In this document: one piece after another, positions 12,639 to 24,904 of the stretch
Position numbering within the stretch: the stretch's first letter is position 1
Layout of the letters: every line of letters begins with the position of its first letter
From: Eledone cirrhosa
Lineage: Eukaryota
DNA length: 64,000 nucleotides
Direction: 5' to 3'
Assembly (NCBI GenBank): GCA_964016885.1
Contig: OZ024746.1
Span: 2,294,001 to 2,358,000, forward strand
Made by a program: the position numbers and the translations under genes
The notes under the pieces: generated by a model
Databases searched by the model: none
What the model saw: only the letters and a program-made list of their open reading frames with translations
Told to the model about the DNA's origin: nothing

Positions 12639-14264
12639 TGTTACACCAGTTACCTATATGGTGGTATAAGACAATATAGAGATTTGGTAGAGTGTTACAC
12701 CAGTTATATGGTGGTATAAGACAATATAGAGATTTGGTAGAGTGTTACACCAGTTATATGGTGGTATAAGACAATATAGAGATTTGGTAGAGTGTTACAC
12801 CAGTTATATGGTGGTATAAGAAATATAGAGATTTGGTAGAGTGTTACACCAGTTATATGGTGGTATAAGACAGTATAGAGATTTGGTAGAGTGTTACACC
12901 AGTTATATGGTGGTATAAGAAAGTATAGAGATTTGGTAGAGTGTTACACCAGTTATATGGTGGTATAAGACAATATAGAGATTCGGTAGAGTGTTACACC
13001 AGTTATATGGTGGTATAAGACAATATAGAGATTTGCTAGAGTGTTACACCAGTTATATGGTGGTATAAGATAATATAGAGATTTGCTAGAGTGTTACACC
13101 AGTTATATGGTGGTATAAGACAATATAGAGATTTGGTAGAGTGTTACACCAGTTATATGGTGGTATGAGACAATATAGAGATTTGGTAGAGTGTTACACC
13201 AGTTATATGGTGGTATAAGACAATATAGAGATTTGGTAGAGTGTTACACCAGTTACCTATATGGTGGTATAAGACAGTATAGAGATTTGGTAGAGTGTTA
13301 CACCAGTTATATGGTGGTATAAGAAAGTATAGAGATTTGGTAGAGTGTTACACCAGTTATATGGTGGTATAAGACAATATAGAGATTTGGTAGAGTGTTA
13401 CACCAGTTATATGGTGGTATAAGACAATATAGAGATTTGCTAGAGTGTTACACCAGTTATATGGTGGTATAAGACAATATAGAGATTTGGTAGAGTGTTA
13501 CACCAGTTATATGGTGGTATAAGACAGTATAGAGATTTGGTAGAGTGTTACACCAGTTATATGGTGGTATAAGACAATATAGAGATTTGGTAGAGTGTTA
13601 CACCAGTTATATGGTGGTATAAGACAATATAGAGATTTGGTAGAGTGTTACACCAGTTATATGGTGGTATAAGACAGTATAAAGATTTGGTAGAGTGTTA
13701 CACCAGTTATATGGTGGTATAAGACAATATAGAGATTTGGTAGAGTGTTACACCAGTTATATGGTGGTATAAGACAATATAGAGATTTGCTAGAGTGTTA
13801 CACCAGTTATATGGTGTTATTAGACAATATAGAGATTTGGTAGAGTGTTACACCAGTTATATGGTGGTATAAGACAATATAGAGATTTGGTAGAGTGTTG
13901 CACCAGTTATATGGTGGTATAAGACAATATAGAGATTTGGTAGAGTGTTACACCAGTTATATGGTGGTATAAGACAATATAGAGATTTAGTAGAGTGTTA
14001 CACCAGTTATATGGTGGTATAAGACAATATAGAGATTTAGTAGAGTGTTACACCAGTTATATGGTGGTATAAGACAATATAGAGATTTGGTAGAGTGTTA
14101 CACCAGTTATATGGTGGTATAAGACAATATAGAGATTTAGTAGAGTGTTACACCAGTTATATTGTGGTATAAGACAATATAGAGATTTGGTAGAGTGTTA
14201 CACCAGTTATATGGTGGTATAAGACACTATAGAGATTTGGTAGAGTGTTACACCAGTTATATGG
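12639..14264. repeat. 50-bp minisatellite array (~32 units), consensus GTGTTACACCAGTTATATGGTGGTATAAGACAATATAGAGATTTGGTAGA
   Basis: Clear 50-bp periodicity with few substitutions. An insertion variant (TTACCTATATGG) occurs in the first unit and at ~13255. Confidence 0.99.
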
Positions 14265-14399
14265 ATGTTGTGGTACCAACAATTTTATAGAGAAAGCGTG
14301 ATGTTGGCGGGAGTGGGAGGATGGAGTAGAGATAGTGGGTTGGGGTGTATGTTTGGTTTGGAGGGGTCTACTGACTGTAGGTTAACTTTGTATGTAGGG

Positions 14400-14660
14400 A
14401 AGGCAAGTTTTCTGTATTACTGCGTGGCGCCAAAGATCTCGATCCAGTGACATTGTCTTAGAGAGGTGCAAGTGTGCAAGGTCAGAATTTATCATATTAT
14501 CCCTGGGTCTACCTACTCCGTAACTCCCATCAATTTTGATCGCCCTGCACTTTTTATACAGCTGTCCTCTCTCATGCGCATCACATGACTATACCAACGT
14601 AATCTTTTCTCAAGTAAACAGCATCTGATCCCTCTGATTCCTAACTTAGCTCCTTCAACT
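14400..14660 (-). mobile_element. RTE-clade LINE 3' fragment
   Basis: Minus-strand translation LGIRGIRCCLLEKRLRWYSHVMRMREDSCIKKCR..GRPR..DRDLWRHAV matches the RTE ORF C-terminus. Confidence 0.8.
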
Positions 14661-15132
14661 CATCCTTCTCTCATCTTTCTTAAACACACACATACAAACA
14701 TATACACAAACACACACATACAAACATATACACAAACACTCACACATCCTTGTTTCATTAATTCAAAAAGAGTTTATTTCATGAGAAATACCAAATGGAA
14801 AAGTAAAAACAGTTGGAAGTATTGGCAAAAGTTTGTAGTAAACAACCACAATTCTGAATAAATATTATTTTGACTATATAAGATAGTATATGAACCCTTC
14901 ATTCAGTGAAGGTTTAGTACAGAGGTTCTCAAAGTGGGTGCTACAGTCCCCAGGGGGTCTTGAGATGGTCCGGGAAGGATGGGGTGGTGGTGGTGGCAAT
15001 GGTGCCTAAGGGGGAGGTAGAGATGATATAATAGTATATCAAATATCTAATGATACATATATAAATATAGTCAAATAAAAAATATATAATATTTATTTAT
15101 TTATACATATATAATATATTATTTATTATATA

Positions 15133-15778
15133 CTAGCAGTAGTACCCGGCGTTGAACGGGATAAAGTATTTTGGAACGTGGGCCGCCAACAAACCTAATC
15201 GTGGAAAAATTGCATGCCTGGACAATATGTAAAGAAAATAAACCGAATACTCTGATGGCTGGATAATCTTTAAGATTTTCCTCGATGAAGCAGGAAAAAT
15301 GCAGGTTTTCACCTAATGCGGGCCCTAGGGGATCAAGAAAAGGAATTTTTTTTATCTACATAATATGCCTTGAAATTTCTGGAAAATCGGCTAGACGTAA
15401 CGCCTCAAAAAAGCCCTAAAAAGCTGAATAAAAAGGAAGTTTTTCACTTAATGCGCGCCCTAGGCCATAAAAAAGTTGGATTTTCTTTGCTCGCGGTATG
15501 AAGAAGAGACTGACTAATACATAGTTACAATTTTAAGGAAATCAGTGTGACGTAACGCCTCAAAAACCCCCTAAAAACCTGAAAAAACACAGTTTTTCAC
15601 CTAATGCGGGCCCTAGGGGATCAAAAAGTTGAAACTTTTTATGTGCATAACAGTCCCTGAAACATAAGTAATACACAAGTAAAGTTTGAAAAACGTCGGT
15701 TGGGTACTTCTTGAGTTTTAGGGATTCAAACTCACACACACACACACAGACAGACATTCTCAGTTATATATATAGAGA
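15133..15778 (-). mobile_element. Non-autonomous Helitron (~646 bp) with microsatellite and internal tandem subrepeats
   Basis: Minus strand starts A|TCTCTATATATA..(GTCT)(GT)n and ends CCCG-ttcaacgc-CGGG..CTAG|T. This gives 5'-TC, a 3' hairpin plus CTAG, and insertion between A and T with no TSD. Confidence 0.85.
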
Positions 15779-15869
15779 TAAATTAACGATTTTATTTATT
15801 ATATATTATTTTCAATTTGCGTGTAGGCAGGTCTCTCTATAAATAGGGGTGGGGTGTTGAAGGTATTAC

Positions 15870-16190
15870 GTGGCTGTGACGGGCGGGGGGTGGGGGGTGG
15901 CCGTGACGTGGGGCGATGGCTGAGATGGGGTGGTGGCTGTGAAGAGGGTGGTGGCTGTGAGGGGGGTGGCCGTGAGGGTGTGTGTGGCCGTGAGGGGGTG
16001 GTGGCCGTGAAGGGGGGACTAGCCGTGAGGGGGTGGCCGTGAGGGTGTGTGTGGCCGTGAGGGTGTGTGTGGCCGTGAGGGTGTGTGTGGCCGTGAGGGT
16101 GTGTGTGGCCGTGAGGGGGTGGTGGCCGTGAGGTTGGGGGGTGGTGGCCGTGAGGTTGGGGGGTGGTGGCCGTGAGGTTGGGGGGCGAGG
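15870..16190. repeat. G-rich ~18-21 bp minisatellite (GTGGCCGTGAGGGTGTGT and variants) inside the hAT element
   Basis: Repeated GGCCGTGAGG core with G/GT-rich spacers. Confidence 0.9.
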
Positions 16191-16265
16191 CCCCAAAAGT
16201 TTGAGAACACCTGTCTTAGAGTATTTATTACACAAATCTATGAAACCATGTAGTATGTTACTCAC

Positions 16266-16402
16266 TTTAATCTACATGATTTACGATTTTTAGTTTTTTC
16301 CAGTATGGAATAGAAACCCAGATTTTCTGGATATTTTCAAGTTTTCTTGCTTCATTTGGATGTTTGGTTGTTACTGTTACCTTCATTTCTTTAAGTTGTG
16401 GT
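16266..16402 (-). CDS. Candidate downstream exon of the EGF-repeat gene (3' boundary and frame uncertain)
   Basis: Acceptor aatttcag and donor A|gtgagtaa. Only the phase-2 frame is open (LPQLKEMKVTVTTKHPNEARKLENIQKIWVSIPYWKKLKIVNHVD*), matching the phase-2 end of exon 23591-23747. A TAA lies 1 nt before the donor. Confidence 0.45.
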
Positions 16403-16436
16403 CTGAAATTATATGAAGCAGCATAAGGAATAGATA

Positions 16437-19400
16437 TATTTCTTTATTTGCCACAAGGGCGCACAAGAAAAGGGGACAATACAAAGACACATGCTGGGGA
16501 TTTTACATATAGTCGTGTAAAAATATTGAAACAAACAATTATAACAATCGAAATCTCCAATAGGGGGGAGGCGTTACAAATGGGTTGTTTAATACCCCTT
16601 CGATAGAACAACCCTCAACTTCAGGAGCATGTTGTGCAAGTGCTCCCTTCTTCCTTTTGCTCTCTTCTTTAACCTACAGGTTTATATACAGAGAAGGCCC
16701 AATCACTCGGGCCATTTTCGCTTCATTCACCCACCTTTCAGTAAATTTACTGGAGTGCAGTACCTCTCTCTCCACTCTGATTCTCCTTCTAAAGTGATAC
16801 TTAAAGAAGGGAATCAATTGTTGTCCGGAGAGAAAGGCATCTGTCCTCAGTCCTCTCAATCTCGTCCACCATATAACCTCTTTCACCATAGCCACTGTAC
16901 AGAGGAAAACGGCCTCTCTTTCGTTTTTGAAAGGGGCTGGCGGTTTGATCCTTACTATGGACTTGGCAGTCAACTGGATTTGTCTCATACGTGACAGCAG
17001 TTCTGCATAGTTCCACAGGTCTCTTACGCCCGGGCACAATTGCGTGCAAGATGGTTTCAATGTCCTGCTCGCATTTTGGACACGTCCTCTTGGAAGGATC
17101 CTGCCGGGGTGTCCGTGCCTGTAGATCTTATCTCGAACGGGTAGAGCTCCTCGGTAGCACTGCCAGGCCAGGGACCTCTGAAAGTTGTCCATAGGTCCCG
17201 GGTGGAAAGTCCTACCGAACAGACTGGTGAGCTCGTCATCTTCGATGCCTAGAATCTCCCCTAGCACGTCGTTGGACTTGTATAGTACTAACCCTCTATA
17301 GAATGTCGAAGTGGAGTCTCCACTGATTGCTGTGCCCGCTTGACAGAGGACTGTGAGTGCCTGGGGGCATTCAATGTGCTAGGCGCCCATCTTCTTCGGT
17401 CTTCGCTTCACCTAGGACTGCAGCTTCGTCAGCAAGACAAGTTGTGGGAAGGCCTGTCTCACAAACGGTGACCACACCGGTTGGTCGGTGAGGAATACCT
17501 GGAGATGTTGTAGCCTCAGCGCATGTTTGCGCAACATTAGCCACGGCATGCCCTACCCTCCGTTGGAAGGGTGTTGACAGCAGGGTGTTGACAACAGACG
17601 GATCTCCTCACCAGTGGAGTCTGCTTCTTCCACAGGAACTGGAAGAGCATGCGTTCCATCTTGGTGAGGTATTCACGGGGACAAGGCACAACAGTCAAGC
17701 GGTAGTAGATGACGGACGCTATGAAAGTGTTCACCACCTCCACTTGACCTTTCAAAGACAGTTTGCACTCTGCCCACTTCTGGGTGAGCGCAAATACCTT
17801 GGCCATGACCTCGTTCCAGTTTTTCTCCACCTGGAGGTCTGGACTGAACCAGACGCTGAGCAATTTCATCGGTCCTTCCGTCCAATGTCTGACGATGCTG
17901 TCGGATAGCATCGGTTTGCCTCTCCACGTTCCGAGTTGCAAACCGACAGACTTGTCCGGGTTCAGTTTTGCTCCTGTGAACCTTTCGTATTCCTGTAGTA
18001 GGTTGCAGATTACCTTGATTTTGGAGGTTTTCGACACCATTACTGTCACGTTGCCGACATAAGCCGACGCCGCTTTTCACAGTCCCGGTTCTAAAGGGAT
18101 GCCCTGCAAAAGCTCCAACTTCCGCAGTAGTGGCTCTAGAGTCAATATGTACAGAATGGAGGAGAGAGGGCATCCCTGTCGAATGGAACGCGTCCCGTAT
18201 CTCAGTGGCTGTGATCGGTCTTTTGCAGAACTCGGCGTCCATGCTCGAGAGACACGGCAGGTCATGAAGGTATGAACCAAAGTCCATTGCCCTATTCGGT
18301 GCACCGTCGTTCTGCTCAAACAGTTGTGTAAAGGCCGCCGAAAGGCCGCGCACATCTGCCTGCGGTCAAGTAGCACGCATTCGTTTTGGTCTTTCAAAGA
18401 CCGAATCGTGGACTTGTTGCCACTTTTCACTTCCGCCACTCAGGCCCGGCTAAAAGCTTTTGCTCCCTTGTTTCCTAGAGGACTTGATTTACTTCTGACC
18501 ATGCAGCCTTTGTATTTCGCGTCGAAGAACTGGTCTAGTGCTGTTCTCGATGCTAACACTCTAGCTGCGTTGCCACTCCTAAGCGCCTCCTCTACCTTGG
18601 CTATGAGTTCTGTTTCTGATTTGTTTTTCTCTAAAGCTAATTCTCTGCTAAACCCTATCGATTCTACTCTAATTGCTCTCTTGAGAGAGTACCACCATCT
18701 ATTGTTGACGATGGCTCCCGTCAACTCTTGCTTAACTAATCTACTTATCCGTTCACTGTAGGCTTTTCGTGCCGGCAACGACACGTTCAGCTTCCAGTAT
18801 CCGGGTCCTTGTCTATGTATTCTATTACGGTTGACTATGTAGTTTGTGATCTGAATAGGTTACCATGTGCATTTGTTGACAGCTTAACATATTGTCCTTT
18901 TCTCTAATGAAAAAACTTATCAAGATACGATCTAGATGTCCCGCTGCGGTTTGCCCACGTCCACTGTGGTGCAATCGGGAAATCTAGTCGATATCTATCG
19001 GCCAGTTGGAATTGGCCGATTAGATTTTTGAGGCTGTTGCACCGCGCTCTACTGGGGCATGCTCCCACATAGTCCCATCGTGCATCTAGGATACCATTCC
19101 AGTCCCCCACTAAAAGCAAGGAGTGAGACGTTACCAGAAAAGACTCTAGACGCTTAAAGAAGTCTGGCCGCGATTGTGATTGCTCGGTCGGGGCATAAAT
19201 GGCCACCAGTCTGAAGGCTCCACCTCCAATACTGTTCACGTCTAGGACTACCAGTCTACCCTCCGGGTCCAAGTGTACTTGCTGTACTTCGACGTCCAGG
19301 TTCTTCCGAATTATGACAGCCACTCCACCTCCACCTCCTGGCTGACAGAGAGATGCGTAGATCTCAAAGTCGTCGAAGATGGGGGTTAGTTGCTGCCTGT

Positions 19401-20170
19401 TGTGGATCCTGGACTCAGTGATGGCTATCACATCCATACCGTGTGACCTAAGGTCGTTTAAAAGGGCATTCCTAGGCCACGCACATTCACGCTTCCAACT
19501 CATAAGTCAGCCATGTTGGTGGAGAAGAGTTGGCGAAAAGGACGAAAAGGTGCATTTACCTTTTCGTTTCCTGGAGATCGGGTTGTTCAATCTCCATTTC
19601 AGTTCTGGTGGGGGTGTTGAGTGGGGTGGGAAAACATTTCAAGAGGACACGGTTTATTGGTTTTTGGCAGGGGTTGCCAACGTCCTATGAAAATTGTTCT
19701 TTCAATTTCTGATAGGTCTCTATCGAAACCCTTATTAGTTTTAGGTGAGGTTGAGAGTTTGCTTTTACAAAAGTTTTCCCCTCAGTTTCTACTTTGGGGT
19801 CTTGGGAGATTACCTCATTAGGTTTTTGTTGTTTGTGTTAATGTATGTGTATTGTTGTTTATTTTGTTGTGTTGTTTTGGTTTGTTGTTCATTTTGTAGT
19901 TTTCTTTTTATGGTGGGAATTTGTGTTGGGGATGGTGTTGGTGTTTGTTTTTCTGGTAGGGGGTATGAAGGGTTAATTGTGGTGGTGTTTGTGTTGTTGT
20001 TTGTGTTGGTGGTTGTATGTTCGTGTTGGTGATTGGTATTTTTGTGGCTTTGTGGTGTCTCTCTTTGTTTTCTTGATTTCCGAGGCTCTCCTTCATCTTC
20101 ACTTGGGGATGGAGAAGTGGGAGGGGTATGTTGTGTGGTGATGGTGTGTTTGTGTGGTGATTGTGGTAGT
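16437..20170 (-). mobile_element. 5'-truncated, decayed Tx1/L1-clade LINE (ORF1 C-terminus, ORF2 APE-RT-zinc finger, 3' UTR)
   Basis: ORF2 begins at 19514 (MADL*VGSVNVRGL). APE motifs: DVIAITES, DPEGRLVVLD, AIYAP, LVGDWN, SYLD, SDH. RT motifs: SIRQGCPLS and SAYVGN (degenerate YADD). zf-RVT region LAWQCYRGALPV. The 3' end has AATAAA. Many stops and frameshifts. Confidence 0.93.
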
Positions 20171-21029
20171 GTTGGATGGATAGATATCTTTCTATAGATA
20201 GATAGATAGATGGATGGGTAGATATATCTCTATAGATAAGTGGATGGATAGATGGATAGACAGATAAATGATGGAGAGAGAGAGTGGAACAAGCCCTTCT
20301 TTTATTTGAGAATGTGTCAGAGGTGAAGAAGTTCAGTGGCATGTCCATGCATGTTAGCAGTGTTTGTATTCTTTCTGTTGGTCCTATCAATAACAACAAC
20401 AACAACAACCATAATGAAATTGCTATGGTAGCATTTTAAAGAGAGATAGTCAGAGTCACTGAGAGAGCTAAGTGTATTTATTGACTAATACACACAACAT
20501 AGCTCTGGTGAAACAATACAAAATGTTACTCTCATTAATTATAATTATCATATATAAATTATTATTATTATTATTGTCGTTGTTGTTGTTAAATCCTATT
20601 TAAAAACAAACATTTAATCAGAACATAAACACTTCTTTTTTGGCAGCATTTAAAATGAGAACATAAATGCTTCCATTTTCAATAGTATTTAAAATCAGAT
20701 TTTAACTTTTATTGAAGTATCCTTTGAGAACAAGCATAAAAATTGATTTAATTGAAGACATAAAACAGATGCTGCTGATGGTTTTGATGATGATAGTGGC
20801 CACTTGAGATATAGATGAGTGTTTAAATCTCAAGTATTTTAGTTGAATTTTTCATAGCAATCAAGGTATTCAATTTATTTCAGTAAAATTGAAAATCTTA
20901 AAATGCTATATTGCAAATGGCACATCAATAATGTATAAACGATATGCAAATGAACCACTAATGATATATATCATCATCATCATCGTTTAACGTCTATCTT
21001 TTGCACTAGCATACACCTATATATATTAT

Positions 21030-21318
21030 GTATTTAAAAGGCCCCTTTCGGTCACGAATGACCATGGTTTTGCACCTAGAAAGTTCGCCACCATGGCACA
21101 GCAGTCACCCATGAATACCAGTCTCCACTCCACCGATGGAGGCAATGGCCGATACAGCTTGGCACCAGTGACATCGCAACTCATTTCTAAAGTTGAGTGA
21201 ACTGGAACAACGTGAAATAAAGCGTTTTGTTCAAGAACACAACACATCACCTGGTCCGGGAATCAAACTCACAACATTATGATTGTGAGCTCAACACTAA
21301 CTACAATGCCACATAGCT
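21030..21318 (-). mobile_element. tRNA-derived CORE-like SINE
   Basis: Minus strand has B-box-like GAGTTTGATTCC, then GTGTTCTTGAACAAAACGCTTTATTTCACGTTGTTCCAGTTCACTCAAC..AAATG. Homologous to copies at 24410, 40625, 41670 and 48010. Confidence 0.75.
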
Positions 21319-22324
21319 TCTCTCTCTCACTCTCACACACACACACGCATCTTTTCTTTGTTTTAGATTTTTCTCTGTGGTGATGCGGTTGAGTGGGTTT
21401 ACACATTCTGATATATATACAAGCTGGATATTTTTTCTTACTTGCCATCATTTATCCAGATTAATATTTTCTAGTTGTTGTTAGTTGTTATTGCTGTTGC
21501 TGACGTTTAGCCTTAAGTCGTCCCTGATTAAGCAGACATTTCATTCAAAAGCATTCTAGCCATGATTATCCTAGCTTCTTGCATATTTAGGACTACATTG
21601 TAGCCAGTCAAGCAGTCACACAGAGTCTTATTTGTTGGTTCAAAAATTTTCTAGGGATGTAAACTGGTAAAATCAAGCTAAATTTCTTAGATGATAGTAT
21701 TGTAGATCAATGATAATTCTTCATAGATGTAAAATGTCAATAAATAAAGTGCTGGACTACCACGAATTTTACTCCATGAGGTAGAACACTTTAACCCTAA
21801 CCATATTACTGCAGTTCACTTATTTGTTGAGAATAGGTACCAATATTCCTGGGAAAAGCTCTATAGAGATAAACAACTGCTGAAACATCTCTCTATATAG
21901 GGTTATTTTTTAATCTCTTTTAGAATCCTACTTAATCCTCTCTTTTTTTTTACCATATTTCTAATGAAAGATACTGTCTATGACTTTCAAATAATTTTGA
22001 AAATAATCAAGAATTTGGAAAGATTTATTAATAAAACTACCTTCCTCATTATTAACATGGTAGTTGGAACATAAATATTCATATGTAAAATGATGATGCA
22101 ATGTTTTTAGATAAATATAAATACTTTCAAAAACAGTTTTCTATAATAAAATCAGTGCCAATTTCAGGTGGGTTTGTATCAAAAGAGTTAATGGTTTGGC
22201 AATAATTAAAAAAATGAATTTAATTTTCAAGCATTTAAAACAAAAATGGGAGATGGTGAACTGAAACATTTTTTGAGAGACTTTTATTCTTGTGGTCCTG
22301 ATACTGAGAAGGGTCTATGTAAAT

Positions 22325-22542
22325 GTGCTCCTGATTTAGGCACAAGGCCAACAATTTTTTTTTGGAGGGGAAAGTTGATTAAATTGATACAAGCGCATTA
22401 CTGGTACTTTATTTTATTGACCCCATAAGGATGAAAGGCAAAGCTAACCTCGGTAGGATTTAATCTCAGAACGTAAAGGACTGTAACTTAATGCAGTGAA
22501 GTATTGTGTCCAAAACTACTGATTACTGCCAATCCACCATCC
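22325..22542 (-). mobile_element. tRNA-derived SINE, family A (GCCTTTCATCC...GGGGTCGATAAAA central domain)
   Basis: Reverse complement matches the plus-strand copies at 62272 and 63653. Confidence 0.8.
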
Positions 22543-22849
22543 TTCTCTACAACAGAAATAATATCAACTGAACAAGATTTACTCATTATTCAGAATTATC
22601 TGCTTCCATCAATTCTTTTAAGTATATTATCTAATATTTTATATTAGATGTAGTTATAGTTAATTATAATTTAAATGATTCTAGTTGAAAATATTTTAAT
22701 TATTCAGTAAAGTGGCAGAAACATCAGAGCTCTAGTGTTTATTTCCACATCTAAATTTTCTCAATTCAAATCTTGCTACTTTTAATATTTTTCCTTTCAT
22801 CTTTTTTATAATTTCTAGAAATATCAATTAATATTTTAATTGATATCTA

Positions 22850-23010
22850 GAAGCTTCTTCTCCTTCTTCTCCTCCTCCTTTTTTGACCACTTATTCCTGA
22901 GAGGGTCTGGGGGGAGAGTCCTCAAACAATCCACCCAGCAGGTCCTGTCAGAAGCAACCGTCTCCAAGCGAGACCAGCCAAGCTTATGGGGTCTGCCCCT
23001 GGGTCTCATA
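22850..23010 (-). mobile_element. RTE (Expander-like) LINE 3' terminus with (GAA)n tail
   Basis: RPRGRP..LGWSRL..VASDR..W...LRTLPPDP followed by GAAGAAG-type repeats. Confidence 0.65.
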
Positions 23011-23221
23011 ATAATCAAATTCTATCAAACTTATATTTCATGATAATCTAACTCAACATCTTCAATCTATTGTTAACTGATTATTCTTGTTAAACCCAAG
23101 TAAAGGCTTTTAGGTACATATATATTTTAAAAATTATCTTTTTTATTAAATGTACACATTCATATATACACACACCACTAGAACAACCACAAACATCAGA
23201 AAGCCCACTACCACAACGAGG

Positions 23222-23260
<39 letters not shown>

Positions 23261-23431
23261 GAATGTATGTATAGTATATTTGGCAATATACCGTATGTTT
23301 AATTAAAAACATTTTGAAGACCTTACGCTATCGGTTTTAAAGTAGTGACTATGTCACTTCTTTTCGGCGAAAGAAGGAAGAGAAGCCAACAGTCTGTTTC
23401 ACGCTGTTGGTGATCAGAGCCACACACTCCC

Positions 23432-23512
<81 letters not shown>

Positions 23513-23590
23513 CTGTATGGTTGCAAGAAAAGCACTTCTCTATAGACATGGAAAACAATTTAAAATAAAACTAAATGTTGAAAAACTTAC

Positions 23591-23747
23591 AAAATATCTA
23601 TAACTCCTCTTAATGTAACATCAATTAGTAAATCTTCTGCTGCTATATTAAGAAGTGGTGCTAGAAACTTTATCAGTTGTTTCTTTACTGTGTGCTCAGT
23701 CATTGATTTTGATGATTTGATTATCATTAATGACAAAGTAGTATTTC
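23591..23747 (-). CDS. Probable non-EGF exon of the EGF-repeat gene (possibly a SEA-like region)
   Basis: Acceptor tttatttttgcag, donor gtaagt, 157 nt. Phase-1 start matches EGF exon 4. Open frame GNTTLSLMIIKSSKSMTEHTVKKQLIKFLAPLLNIAAEDLLIDVTLRGVIDI. The domain identity is a guess. Confidence 0.7.
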
Positions 23748-23994
23748 CTGCAAAAATAAAATAGTTTTAATTAAAGCAATCAAGACTGGAAAAATATTTT
23801 TGGTTAGTTTTAGTAAGGTTTTAACAAACTGACAGCAGAGGTTGATAGCATGGATAGATTAGTAAATAGTGGACAACCAGTTGATACTGTGTTACTTGTG
23901 CTGTCTTGGGACCATGGTCTAGACAACTTGAATCTCAAATTACTTGGTCTACCTCAATTTGCTACTCTAATTAGTGGCACACTAAAATTGATGT

Positions 23995-24205
23995 CTAATT
24001 AAGGTACAGGGCCAGCAAATTTGTAGGGTGGGCAATGTTGGTTAAATTAACCCTTGTACTTGGTTAATATTTTATTTTATCAATCCTGAAAGGATGGAAA
24101 GTAAAGTTGACCTCAGAGGATTTGAACTTGGAATGAAAAAGCCTGAACAAATACCACAATGGCATTTTATTTGACACTATCAATTCTGCCAATCAACCAT
24201 CCTTA
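23995..24205 (-). mobile_element. SINE family A, diverged copy
   Basis: aggatggaaagtaaagttgacctcagaggatttgaac matches family A in reverse. Confidence 0.65.
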
Positions 24206-24409
24206 GTGGTCCTGTAAAATTAACAAGTAGTTTGTTAACTTGTTTCATTTCTGTTTAACTCCTCATATAGCTATATCTTGGAGAGAGTTGAGTTCTGCCA
24301 AGATGATTTGTATGAATCTAGAGTCATCAAGAGAATTCCTAATATCTATTGACTGAAACATGGGCAGTGATTGCAGAAGACGTGTGTAGACTGGAGAGAG
24401 ATGAAGCAG

Positions 24410-24780
24410 CCGAGTATACTGGAGCAATGTGAAATGAAGGGTTTTGCTCAAGAATACAACACACACCCAGCTCAGGAATCAAACCTACAACATTATGAGT
24501 GTAAGTCCAACACCCTCACCACTAGGCCATGTACCTCTACTAATTAGGTCTCAGTTAACAAAAATTATCAACTACTACAGTACTTGTCTAAGATTGGAAA
24601 AACTCTATTTCATTGAAGCTCTTGCTAACAACTCTCTCTGTGCATCTGTCGTATACAAAGTCTGTCTTCTCAGTTAACCTACCTACTATCACATTACAAC
24701 CCAGCCCAGGAATCGAACCCACAACATTATGATCATAAGGCCATCACTCTTACCACTAGGCCACATGCCTCCACACATTT
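24410..24780 (-). mobile_element. Two CORE-like SINE 5' fragments (24410-24535, 24690-24775)
   Basis: tRNA-like heads TGGCCTAGTGG (A box) and GGTTCGATTCC (B box) on the minus strand. Confidence 0.65.
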
Positions 24781-24904
24781 TAGAGGGCATATTTGACATT
24801 TTTAGGGAGGTGTAGACAAGAGAAAGTAGCCACTGCTGCAGAATTAAACAAAATAAAATATTTAAAAATCCAGGAAAGACAATCCCTATTTTCCTATTCA
24901 AATG

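Larger units (their letters stand above)
14920..16213. mobile_element. Non-autonomous hAT (Buster/Charlie-like) element containing a nested Helitron and a G-rich minisatellite
   Basis: Left TIR CAGAGGTTCTCAAAGT; right end reverse-complements to CAGGTGTTCTCAAACT. The 8-bp flanks gtttagta/tcttagag are a degenerate TSD sharing a central TTAG. Confidence 0.7.

Noticed and set aside
20808-20846. Plus-strand DIDEC motif
   Set aside because: No further cysteines, a stop after a few codons, and the wrong strand. Chance match.
23384-23421. Hammerhead-like motif on the minus strand (ggct CTGATCA ccaacagcgt GAAA cagactgt t ggct) between (TA)n tracts
   Set aside because: Core G8 is C, stem II does not pair, and a competing ccaacag/ctgttgg hairpin exists. 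At best a dead Penelope-associated relic.
24263-24352. Possible exon SIDIRNSLDDSRFIQIILAELNSLQ
   Set aside because: Only phase 0 is open, which is incompatible with the neighbouring exons, and it reaches a stop with no donor.
24690-24775. tRNA-like A and B boxes
   Set aside because: No complete cloverleaf or acceptor stem. It matches SINE heads elsewhere in the window.
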